Positions 12,051 through 20,654 of a stretch of DNA of 64,000 nucleotides are shown one piece after another. Location: assembly GCA_963741945.1 (NCBI GenBank), contig CAVUKA010000002.1, positions 111,730-175,729 on the forward strand, written 5' to 3'. A program made the position numbers and the translations under genes. Within the stretch, counting starts at the first letter, position 1. The number at the start of each line of letters is the position of its first letter. This DNA comes from an uncultured Gemmatimonadales bacterium. Lineage in GTDB: Bacteria; Gemmatimonadota; Gemmatimonadetes; Longimicrobiales; RSA9. The notes beneath the pieces are model-generated. The model was not told the origin of the DNA, ran no database searches, and saw only the letters and a list, made by a program, of their open reading frames with translations.

Positions 12051-14393
12051 ATGCCCTCTTCCCCCCTCGAGCGCCTGCTCGCGGAGCTGAAGCGTCGTCG
12101 CGTGTTCCGCGTTGCCGGCGCCTACCTCGTCGCCGCCTTCGTCGTTCTGCAGGTGGCCGACCTCGTCCAGGAGCCGCTCCATCTGCCCGCGTGGACGCTC
12201 ACCCTCCTCATCGTGCTCCTGACGCTCGGACTCCTCCTCGCGGTGGCGCTCGCGTGGGCGTTCGACGTCACCCCGGACGGCATCCGCCGCGCCGACGCCG
12301 CCGGAGCCGCCGGAGCCACCGGCGACGCCCCGCGCACCCGCCGCCGGCGGCGCCCGCGGGTCGCCCTCGCCGCCGCCGTCGTCGGGCTCGCCCTGCTCGG
12401 CCCGGCCGGGTGGTGGACGTGGACCGCCGCCCACGCCGACGCGATCGAGCTCGACCCGGGACTCGTGGCGGTGCTCCCGTTCCGGGTAGCGGGCGCGGAC
12501 CCGGGGGTGGCGTACCTGGGCGAGGGGGTGATGGACCTCCTGGCGGCGAGGTTCCGGACCGATGACGCGCTCCGGGTGGCGCCCGCCCGGGACGTGGTCC
12601 GGGCGCTCGGGGCCGCGCCCGACTCCCCCGGCGATCCCGACTTCGACGCCGCGGAGGCGACGGCGCGGGCGGTGGGCGCGGGCGCGGTCCTGCTGGGGGA
12701 AGTCGTCGGCGACGCGGGCCACCTGACGCTCACGGCCACGCTGCTGGACGCGGGCAGCGGCGAGGTGCGGGCGCGGGTCATGGTGCCGGGCTCCGCGGAC
12801 AGCCTGCACGCGCTGGTGGATGGGCTTGCCGGGCAGCTGCTGGCGGCCACGGCCGGGACGCCGACGGAGCGGCTGGCGGACATCACCACGCGCTCGCTTC
12901 CGGCGCTCCGCGCCTACCTGGACGGCACGCGGGCCTTCCGCGCCGGCCGGCCCACGGAAGCGGCCGGCGCGTTCGACCGTGCGCTGGGCGAGGACTCGAC
13001 GTTCGTCCTGGCCGCGTTGGGGCTGCTCCAGGCGACGCTGTGGGCCACGTTCGTGGACGCCGAGAACGAGGCGCTGGCGAGCCGGCTGGCGTGGCGGGAG
13101 CGCGGCCGTCTCGCACCCGCCGATCGCCTCTACCTCACCGCCATCCTGGGGAGGGACTACCCGGCGTCGACGCCGCGGCGGGCGAGGCTCGAAGACCTCC
13201 TCGACGCCACCACCCGCCTGCCCGAGGTGCCCGAGCTCTGGTACCTGCTGGGGGATGAGTACTACCACGAGGGCCGGCTCCTCGGGTTCGACGACGCCGT
13301 CGACCGCGCCGAGCGCAACTTCGAGCGCGCCGTCGCCATGGACTCGCTCTACGTGGAGCCGTGGCTGCACATCTTCGACATCGCCGCCTTCCGCGGCGAC
13401 ACGGCCACCGCGCGCCTGGCCACCGAGCAGCTCGAGGCCGTGGACGCCAACAGCGAGGAAACGCTCCGCAACCGCTTCTTCCTCTCACGCATGGGCGTGC
13501 CCATGGCGGATGCACCCGCCCTCGACACCCTGCCTCCGCGGATCCTCGCAGACCTGGCCACCGCCAGCAGGTGGACCGGCGTCGCCGCCCACGAGCTCGG
13601 CGACGCCCTCGAGCGGGCCCGCAGGGATGAGGAGGTCTCCGCCAACCTGCTGTGGGGCGCCTCGTTCCAGCTGGCCGGGCGACGCGGCCGCATCGAGGAG
13701 ATCCGCGACCTCCTCGACCGCGGCGTTCAGGAGCCGTACTGGCCGGGCGTGAACCGTCTCGTGGTGGAGATGTACGTGGCCACGGACACGGCGCGCATGC
13801 GCGACGCGGTGGACCGCTGGCGCAGCCGCGCGCCGGCGCCCGACGCCGACCCGAGCTCCGCCCTCATGGGCGACTGCCTCGTCGAGCACTGGAAGCTCGG
13901 GCGCGGCGACACCACCACGGCGCGGGCCACGATCGCCCGGCACCGCGCGGCCGCGCAGGACACGGCCTACGGTCGGTACCGGCCGACGTTCGAGCTCTGC
14001 GCCCGCACCCTCACGGCGCTACGGGATCACGTGGTCGGGAGCGACAGCGCGGAAGCCAGCATCGCGGCCGTGGAACGCTTCACCCACGAGGGCATCTACG
14101 CGGACGTCATCTATCGCGAGATCGTCGCGTTGACGATGGCGCGCATACTGGACGAGCGGGGACAGCCGGCGCGCGCGCTCTCCGCCAGCCGCCGCACCGT
14201 GACGCCCGGGTATTTCCTCGCCACCCGGCTCCGCCTCGAGGAGGCACGCCTCGCGGAGGAGATCGGCGAGCGTGAAACGGCACTCACCGCCTATCGCGAC
14301 TACCTGCACTGGTACCGCGATGCCCAGGGCCCCCTCCGGGATCAGGTGCGCGCGGTGCGCGACCACGTGGCCGAGCTGGTCGGAGAACGCTGA
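12051..14393 (+). CDS. Membrane-anchored TolB-N-like/TPR protein
   Basis: ELKRRRVFRVAGAY..VLQVAD N-terminus, 3 TMs, VAVLPF motif, TRSLPALRAYL and TPR-like repeats. Confidence 0.75.
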   Translation: MPSSPLERLLAELKRRRVFRVAGAYLVAAFVVLQVADLVQEPLHLPAWTLTLLIVLLTLGLLLAVALAWAFDVTPDGIRRADAAGAAGATGDAPRTRRRRRPRVALAAAVVGLALLGPAGWWTWTAAHADAIELDPGLVAVLPFRVAGADPGVAYLGEGVMDLLAARFRTDDALRVAPARDVVRALGAAPDSPGDPDFDAAEATARAVGAGAVLLGEVVGDAGHLTLTATLLDAGSGEVRARVMVPGSADSLHALVDGLAGQLLAATAGTPTERLADITTRSLPALRAYLDGTRAFRAGRPTEAAGAFDRALGEDSTFVLAALGLLQATLWATFVDAENEALASRLAWRERGRLAPADRLYLTAILGRDYPASTPRRARLEDLLDATTRLPEVPELWYLLGDEYYHEGRLLGFDDAVDRAERNFERAVAMDSLYVEPWLHIFDIAAFRGDTATARLATEQLEAVDANSEETLRNRFFLSRMGVPMADAPALDTLPPRILADLATASRWTGVAAHELGDALERARRDEEVSANLLWGASFQLAGRRGRIEEIRDLLDRGVQEPYWPGVNRLVVEMYVATDTARMRDAVDRWRSRAPAPDADPSSALMGDCLVEHWKLGRGDTTTARATIARHRAAAQDTAYGRYRPTFELCARTLTALRDHVVGSDSAEASIAAVERFTHEGIYADVIYREIVALTMARILDERGQPARALSASRRTVTPGYFLATRLRLEEARLAEEIGERETALTAYRDYLHWYRDAQGPLRDQVRAVRDHVAELVGER

Positions 14394-14418
14394 CGGCGAT
14401 CAAACGGGCGCCGCCCCG

Positions 14419-14847
14419 TCACCACCCGTCGCGAGGGTCGTTCACCGCCTTGATGTCCACCACGGGCGTGCCGTCCACGGCTTCCAGCGGCTCCACGCGC
14501 AGCCGGCGCCCATCCACTTCCAGCACACGCACCCGGTGCAGCCCGAGCGGGTTCGGGCGGACCGGCGCCCGCGTGCCGAAGACACCGCGCAGCGGCGCGT
14601 CCGGGTGGTGCCCCGGGTGGACCTGCAGGATGTCGCGCTCGGACAGATGCAGCCACGTGACGACGACGGCGTCGCCGCCCGGCTCGACGCCGAGCAGCCC
14701 CTCCGCGTAGCGCTCCTCCAGCTCGATCCACGCCGACGGCGCGCCGAGCCACCCCTGTCGGGGCGCGTCCGCGCGCCGCGTGAGGGAGGACCGGACCACG
14801 CCGATCGGACGGACTTCGTATCGGGTTCCTGGATCGGGATCGCTCAT
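14419..14847 (-). CDS. tsaA: tRNA m6t6A37 methyltransferase TrmO/TsaA-like
   Basis: PIGVVRS, APRQG, GVFGTRAPVRPNPLG, DGTPVVDIK; TACCAT -10 box 7 nt before the ATG. Confidence 0.85.
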   Translation of the reverse strand: MSDPDPGTRYEVRPIGVVRSSLTRRADAPRQGWLGAPSAWIELEERYAEGLLGVEPGGDAVVVTWLHLSERDILQVHPGHHPDAPLRGVFGTRAPVRPNPLGLHRVRVLEVDGRRLRVEPLEAVDGTPVVDIKAVNDPRDGW

Positions 14848-15187
14848 GAAGGGCATGGTAGCGCCCGGCCCGCGCGCGGCACAGGGGCCGGGCGGCCGCC
14901 CGGGGCACGCGCGGCGCAGGGATGCGAGGCCCCCGGATGAGCGCGCGGCCCGGGAGCCGAGGCCGCCCTTCGCCGCCGACCTGAAACTGCAACGCCGGAG
15001 TTCCGGTACGGTCCGGGGACGAACCACCGCGTGGTTCCCGCGGCTGTGCGCCGAGGGCGACGCCGACGTGGATGCGCTCATCGCGGCCTATCGCGCCCGC
15101 CGCGACGCCCTGAATCGCTGACCTGACGCTCGGGCGGAAACGCGCGGGCATGAGCCGTGACCCTTGACCGTCCGCCTGCGTCGTCTT

Positions 15188-15202
15188 AATAATGAACAAA
15201 TA
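15188..15202 (+). promoter_or_regulatory. Candidate TetR operator copy 1 (AATAATGAACAAATA)
   Basis: AT-rich 15-mer, 14/15 identical to the copy at 15917. Confidence 0.55.
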
Positions 15203-15226
15203 GATCACTAAACAGTCGGTGTCGCG

Positions 15227-15850
15227 ATGCCACAGGTGCTGAAGGAAGAAGTGGAGGCGCGCATCCGCGGGGCGGCGCTGGCGGTGTTCGCGGAGGCGGG
15301 GTATCCCGCGGCGCGCATGGCGGACATCGCGCGCCGTGCGGGCGTGTCGCAGGGGAACATCTACCACTACTTCGCGGGAAAGGAGGCGCTGTTCCGGGCG
15401 GTGGTGCCGCCGGCGCTCGCGCGTCGGCTGCTGGAGCTGCTCCGGGCGCGCCTGGACGCCGCCCGGGCTGCGTCCACCGCGGGCGACGCCCTGGGCCCTC
15501 GAGACTCGACGGCGTACGGCGTTGCGGCGGAGGCCACCCTTTCGTTCGCCCTGGCGAACCGCTTCGAGACCATGATTCTGCTCGGTCGGGCCGAGGGCAC
15601 GCGGCACGCCGGCCTCGCGGAAGAAGTGACGGGTATGCTGGTGGAGGGAGCCGTGCGGCATGCGCGCCTGCTCCACCGGGATCGCCCGCTCCCGGCCACG
15701 CTGCGCTTCGACCTGGAGCAGATCTACCGGAGCTACGTCCGCGCCTGGGTGCGGCTGCTCGAGCGGTTCCCCGCGCCGGACGAGTTCAGGGATGCGCTCG
15801 CCGGCTACGAGCGCTACCACCTGGCGGGGCTCCAGGCGCTGCTCTCCTGA
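15227..15850 (+). CDS. TetR/AcrR family transcriptional regulator
   Basis: N-terminal HTH ...MADIARRAGVSQGNIYHYFAGKEALF. Confidence 0.92.
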   Translation: MPQVLKEEVEARIRGAALAVFAEAGYPAARMADIARRAGVSQGNIYHYFAGKEALFRAVVPPALARRLLELLRARLDAARAASTAGDALGPRDSTAYGVAAEATLSFALANRFETMILLGRAEGTRHAGLAEEVTGMLVEGAVRHARLLHRDRPLPATLRFDLEQIYRSYVRAWVRLLERFPAPDEFRDALAGYERYHLAGLQALLS

Positions 15851-15916
15851 CCGCCACTTCCCGTGACGCCGCGGGCCCGGGTTCCCGAATCGCGCCGGAG
15901 GGCCGAGCCACGTACG

Positions 15917-15931
15917 AATAATGAACGAATA
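15917..15931 (+). promoter_or_regulatory. Candidate TetR operator copy 2 (AATAATGAACGAATA)
   Basis: Near-identical to the 15188 copy; 22 nt before the next start codon. Confidence 0.55.
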
Positions 15932-15953
15932 ATTTCTTTTAGGGAGTGAACGG

Positions 15954-16841
15954 ATGGGAGACACGATTCTGGTCATGGGCGCCACGGGCGAGGTGGGCGG
16001 CCGGGTGCTGAGGGGGCTGAGGGCGGCGGGCGTGGATGCGCGCGGCGCGTCGCGGGATCCGGAGGCCGCGGCAGCGGCCGCGGGTGGGGCGTGGGTGGAG
16101 CTGGATCTGGAGCGGCCGGCCACGTTCACCGCCGCGCTGGAGGGGGTGAGCCGGCTCTTCCTGGTGTCGCGTCCCGGCGACGATTCCCCCGACGGTCCCG
16201 CCGCCCCGCTCCTGGAGGAGGCCGCGAGTGCGGGCGTCCGGCAGGTGGTGACGCTGACGGCGATCGGTGTGGAGCGGGAGCCGGGGTTCGGGCTGCGTCG
16301 CCTGGAGCTGCTCGTGGAAAGCTCGGGGTTGGGCTTCACCCATCTGCGGCCGAACTTCTTCATGCAGCTCTTCGCCACGCCGCCGCTGCTCGACAGCATG
16401 CGGGCGACGGGCGCGTTGCGCCTTCCCGCGGGCGATGCGCGGCTGTCGTACGTGGACACGCGGGACATCGCGGAGGTGGCCGTGGCGGTTCTGACGGGGG
16501 AGGGACACCACGGCCGCGCGTACACGCTCACGGGGCCCGAGAGCCTGGACCACGCGGAAGTGGCGCGCCGGCTGTCGGAGGCCGCCGGCCGCGAGATCGC
16601 GTACGCTCCGCTGACGGAGGCCGAGGCCGCGGCGCAGATGTCAGCTGCGGGGCTCGGTCCCGCGCGGGTGCAGCGGCTGCTCGGCTTCTACAGGCGCGTC
16701 CGCGGCGGCCACGCCGCGCCCGTCCACGGCGACGTCGAAACCGTGCTCGGCCGTCCCGCCCGGGCGTTCGCGGACTTCGCCCGCGACTACGCCGACTGCT
16801 GGCGCGCGGAGTCCGCGAAGGCGGGGGCGCCCGGAGTCTGA
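15954..16841 (+). CDS. NmrA-like atypical SDR, NAD(P)H-binding oxidoreductase
   Basis: ILVMGATGEVG, LRPNFFMQ, VDTRDIAEVA, YTLTGPESL. Confidence 0.88.
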   Translation: MGDTILVMGATGEVGGRVLRGLRAAGVDARGASRDPEAAAAAAGGAWVELDLERPATFTAALEGVSRLFLVSRPGDDSPDGPAAPLLEEAASAGVRQVVTLTAIGVEREPGFGLRRLELLVESSGLGFTHLRPNFFMQLFATPPLLDSMRATGALRLPAGDARLSYVDTRDIAEVAVAVLTGEGHHGRAYTLTGPESLDHAEVARRLSEAAGREIAYAPLTEAEAAAQMSAAGLGPARVQRLLGFYRRVRGGHAAPVHGDVETVLGRPARAFADFARDYADCWRAESAKAGAPGV

Positions 16842-16884
16842 CCGCGCTCCGTCACGCCCGCTGGGCCTCGCGCCCGGTGGGCCG

Positions 16885-17337
16885 TCACGCCCGCTGGGCC
16901 GTCGTCGCTTCGGCGAGCTGCGCCAGCTCGCGCTCGTATACCGGCCGCATGATGTGCGGGATCAGCCACCGCTTGATGGCGCCGGCGAGGCCGCCGCGGC
17001 TCATCTCCGTGGTGAAGGTGACGAAGGAGTGGCGGCCGTCGTCGCGCGGCTCCACCGTGAACGTCGTGGTCATCCCGTTGTCGTTCGTCTCCACGAGCAC
17101 GCGGCCGGGCTCCGGCTCGCTGACCGTGGCGCGGAACCACGACGAGCGGCCCAGCACCCGCATCCGCACCAGGATCACCGTCCCCTCGCCGCGCCCGCCC
17201 CGCTCCACGTCCAGCGAGACGAAGGGCGGCCGAGGGAGGATCCGGGGGTGGCCCTCGCGGTAGTCGGCGATGACTTCGTAGACCACCGACGGCGGCGCGG
17301 CAATGAGGGCGGAAGCGGCAAAGCGGTGTGGGGGCAT
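16885..17337 (-). CDS. SRPBCC (polyketide cyclase/dehydrase-like) protein
   Basis: VYEVIADYREGHPRILP, GGRGEGT, EPEPGRVLVE; GGAG RBS. Confidence 0.85.
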   Translation of the reverse strand: MPPHRFAASALIAAPPSVVYEVIADYREGHPRILPRPPFVSLDVERGGRGEGTVILVRMRVLGRSSWFRATVSEPEPGRVLVETNDNGMTTTFTVEPRDDGRHSFVTFTTEMSRGGLAGAIKRWLIPHIMRPVYERELAQLAEATTAQRA

Positions 17338-17450
17338 CGGGTGTTCTCCGGAGAGGGGAGATCCATGGCTATACCCGGTCGTCCGCCCCCGCAAGAACGT
17401 CGTGGCGGGTGGGGGCGGGGGCGTGCGGTTGCGGTGTGCGAGCGCGGGAG

Positions 17451-18095
17451 GGTGGGGGTGGGGCCGGGGGCGGGGCCGGGGGGCCGGGGGTGGGGCCGGG
17501 GGCGGGGGGCCCGGGGGGGCCCGGGGGGGCGGGGGGGCGGGGGGGCGGGGGGGTCCGGGGTCCGGGGGTCCGGGGTCCGGGGGTCGGGGGTCGGGGGTCG
17601 GGGGTCGGGGGTCGGGGGTCGGGGGGGCGGGGGGGCGGGGGGGCGGGGGGGTGGGGGGGGTCCGGGGGTCCGGGGGTCCGGGGGTCCGGGGGTCCGGGGG
17701 TCCGGGGGTCCGGGGGTCCGGGGGTCCGGGGGTCGGGAGGCCGGGGGTCCGGGGTCCGGGGGCCGGGGGCCGGGGGGCCGGGGGGCGGGGGGGCGGGGGG
17801 GCGGGGGGGCGGGGGGGCGGGGGGGCGGGGGGGTCCGGGGGTCCGGGGGTCCGGGGGTCCGGGGGTCCGGGGGCCGGGGGCCGGGGGCCGGGGGCCGGGG
17901 GCCGGGGGCCGGGGGCGGGGGGCGGGGGGGCGGGGGGCGGGGGGGCGGGGGGGCGGGGGGCCGGGGTCCGGGGCGGGGTCCGGGGTCCGGGGTCCGGGGT
18001 CCGGGGTCCGGGGTCCGGGGGTCGGGGGTCCGGGGTCGGGGGGCCGGGGGGCCGGGGTCCGGGGTCCGGGGGTCGGGGGTCGGGGGTCGGGGGCC
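17451..18095. repeat. Composite G-tract tandem array of 7-8-nt units (G4-7 plus C/CC/TC/TCC)
   Basis: Homogeneous blocks of GGGGGTC, GGGGGTCC, GGGGGCC, GGGGTCC and GGGGGGGC; a single A (17738) in ~645 bp. Confidence 0.85.
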
Positions 18096-18149
18096 CGCCC
18101 TTCTGGCGGCGGAGATGCCGCCCATTGTACACGGCTCACGCGGGCGACC

Positions 18150-18259
18150 GCGGGTTGAACGATCTCCGGCTCCATATGCCGGAGATCGCACTCTCGACTC
18201 CAGGCTTCCGTTTCACTGAACACTTTCCGGCACCATTCGCCGGCGATCGTTCAGCCCGC
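18150..18259. repeat. Nested palindromic (REP/MITE-like) element
   Basis: 21-bp outer inverted repeat (19/21) at 18150-18170 and 18239-18259; internal perfect 11-bp stem 18160-18170/18178-18188. Confidence 0.65.
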
Positions 18260-18419
18260 TTCGAGAGCGCGCTCGGTTGTGCATTCGACCGCAGCCGCCG
18301 CCGGGACTCCAACGCGGCGAGCGATCCGCCCGCCCTGCGGCAGCTGCCGCCAGGAGCCCCGTCCGGCGAGCGATCCGCCCGCACGGGCCTCGGTCGAGGA
18401 TGAGGCGATCGCGATGGCT

Positions 18420-19076
18420 CTACACCCCGGCAGGCGGCTCGGGCATGGCGGCTGCCGGGGCGTACTCACGCGTGAGCGCCGCGGCGATGGCGGCCGCGAT
18501 CCGCGCCCCGCCGCGCTCGCCGGGCTCGATCGGATTCCAGTAGTCGTCCGGGCTGGCGCACACCCGGCGCAGCTCCACCACGGGGACACCCCGCTCGGCG
18601 CCGGCATCCACGATCTCCTGGTCGAACACGCGCAGCGCCGTCTCCACCATGGCCTGGTACGAGGCATCCTCGAACGCGCCGTTGTAGACGGTGCAGATCA
18701 CCAGGGGCAGCGCCGCTTCCAGCACGGAGTCCAGGAGTGCGCGGTATCCGGCTCCGAAGTGCTGCGCCGTGCGACGGATCCGCAGCAGCCCCTCGCCCAC
18801 CGACGACACCGGCTCCGTCAGCACGTCGATCATTCCCAGCAGGTCGTTCCCGCCCGCGCTCAATGCGACGTGGGTGGGAGGATCCGGCTCGAGGGCAAGC
18901 TGCCGCAGCTGCCCCAGCTGGGCACGGACGTTCGACAGAAGCGCCCCGTCCCGGGCGAGAAGCGTGGCGCGACTTCCGCTCCCCAGCAGATCGCGCAGGT
19001 GTTCCACCACGGCGCGGCCGCCGTCGGTGTACGCGCCGTTGTCGAACGTCGAGTCGCCGAGAAGGACGATATGCAT
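18420..19076 (-). CDS. SGNH/GDSL-like hydrolase
   Basis: VLLGDSTFDN (block I), SAGGND (block III); C-terminal NPIEP instead of DxxH. Confidence 0.8.
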   Translation of the reverse strand: MHIVLLGDSTFDNGAYTDGGRAVVEHLRDLLGSGSRATLLARDGALLSNVRAQLGQLRQLALEPDPPTHVALSAGGNDLLGMIDVLTEPVSSVGEGLLRIRRTAQHFGAGYRALLDSVLEAALPLVICTVYNGAFEDASYQAMVETALRVFDQEIVDAGAERGVPVVELRRVCASPDDYWNPIEPGERGGARIAAAIAAALTREYAPAAAMPEPPAGV

Positions 19077-19187
19077 GGCTGTCTCCGTTGGCGGGAGAGG
19101 CCCGGCCGGACGCCGCGTGGCCACCACACCCGATCCGCCGCGCCCGGGCGCCCGGGCCACGCCGCGTGCCCGGGCCGCGCCGGACCT

Positions 19188-20397
19188 TCAATCTAGGGTC
19201 AGCCAGCCCGCGTCCGCGACCCAGCGATCTCCCGGGACCGCAGGACGCGACCGTTCGTCCCTACGCTGACCACGAAAGGGCGAAAAGCGGTTTCCATGGC
19301 CGGAACGCGGCCACTCCGCCCCGATCAGCTGCGCCAGGATCCCTACGGCGATCTCGGCCGGCGTGCGGGCGCCGATGTCCAGCCCCACGGGCGCCCGGAT
19401 CCGGGCGATCCCCTCCTCCCCCACCCCCTCCTCCCGCAGCCGGGCCAGCCTTTTCGCGTGCGTCCTCCGGCTCCCCAGCGCCCCGACGTAGAACGCGGGG
19501 GAGTCGAGCGCGGCCACGAGCGCCGGGTCGTCCAGCTTGGCATCGTGGGTGAGCGTGACCAGGGCGGTGCGGTGGTCCGGGCGGATCTCCGCCAGGCCCT
19601 TGGCGGGCCACGCGTGTACGAGGCGCACGCCCGGGAAGCGGTCCTCCGTGGCGAAAGCGGCGCGTGGATCCACCACGTGCACTTCGATCCCGGCCGCCGC
19701 CGCCATGCGGGCGAGCGGCGCCGCGATGTGCACCGCCCACCACGATCAGCCGCACCGGCGGGTTGTACGCGCGCAGGAAGACCTCGCCGGCCCCGTGCTC
19801 GACCAGGACGGAGCGGTCGTCGAGGAGCGCGTCGCGCGCGGCCGCAATTGGCCACGCTCCCTCAGGCATCTCTCCGGCGCCGCTCAGCGGGAAGAGGAGC
19901 GCCGACTCCCCGGTCTGCATCCGCGTGGCCCGGACCACCGGCCGCTTCTCCGCGAGCGCCCCCACGAGCTCCGGCAGTAAGCTCCCCGGTCCGATCCGCT
20001 CCACGTGGATCGCCACCTTCCCGCCGCACGCCAGCCCGACTTCCCAGGCCTTCTCGTCGGTCACCCCGTATTCCAGGCGACGCCCGGTCCCCGACCGGAT
20101 CACCTCCCCCGCGGCCTCGATCACCGCACCTTCGACGCACCCTCCTGAGACGGAGCCACAGAACCCCCCCGTCCCGTCCACGGCCATGTGGCTCCCCGCG
20201 ATCCGGGGGGCGGAGCCCCACGTGCGGATGACGGTGGCGAGGGCCACGCCTCGCCCTGCCGCCACCCACGCGGCGGCGCGGTTCAGGACCTCCTGGTCGG
20301 TATTTTGAGCGGACGGTTCTGCGGGCGTCTCGATGGTGGCCACGGTAGGAGCGGTGCGGGGGTCGGGGACGGCGGCGTCCGGAGGACGCTGCGTCAC
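19188..20397 (-). pseudogene. xdhC: XdhC/CoxI family Moco chaperone with a frameshift near 19734-19738 (pseudogene or sequencing error)
   Basis: N-half ATVIRTWGSAPR, GSVSGGCVE, GLACGG, PPVRLIVVG in one frame; C-half VHIAAPL, VDPR, THDAKLDD, YVGALGSRRT, APVGLDIGARTPAEIAV in another. Confidence 0.85.
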
Positions 20398-20654
20398 AGA
20401 TAGGGCGCGCCAGGCAGCCGCGTCAAGCCGCCGCAACGGACGCGCGACGGCCCGGACCGGGGACGCGGGACTGATCGTGGATGCGGCCGACGCCGGCCCC
20501 GTCCAGCCCGGCGGCGACGACACCGCCGCCCCGGGGCACACGAGCACCCCGGAAGCAACGACGAACGGGCCGGGCACGTAGGCCCGACCCGCTCGGGTCG
20601 GTGCGGGGGGCGGGCCGCGGCCCGGCCGCCCCGCGTGGCTGGACCCCCGGTGGC

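Noticed and set aside
14930-15121. Frame ending ..EGDADVDALIAAYRARRDALNR*
   Set aside because: Looks protein-like, but has no credible start or recognisable family. It may be a remnant but cannot be supported.
16849-16900. 19-bp direct repeat CCGTCACGCCCGCTGGGCC duplicating the SRPBCC gene end
   Set aside because: Only two copies 33 bp apart; most simply a local duplication.
16954-18403. Long Pro/Gly-rich ORFs in all six frames
   Set aside because: The G-tract array cannot contain stop codons. There is no RBS, signal peptide or collagen-like Gly-X-Y periodicity.
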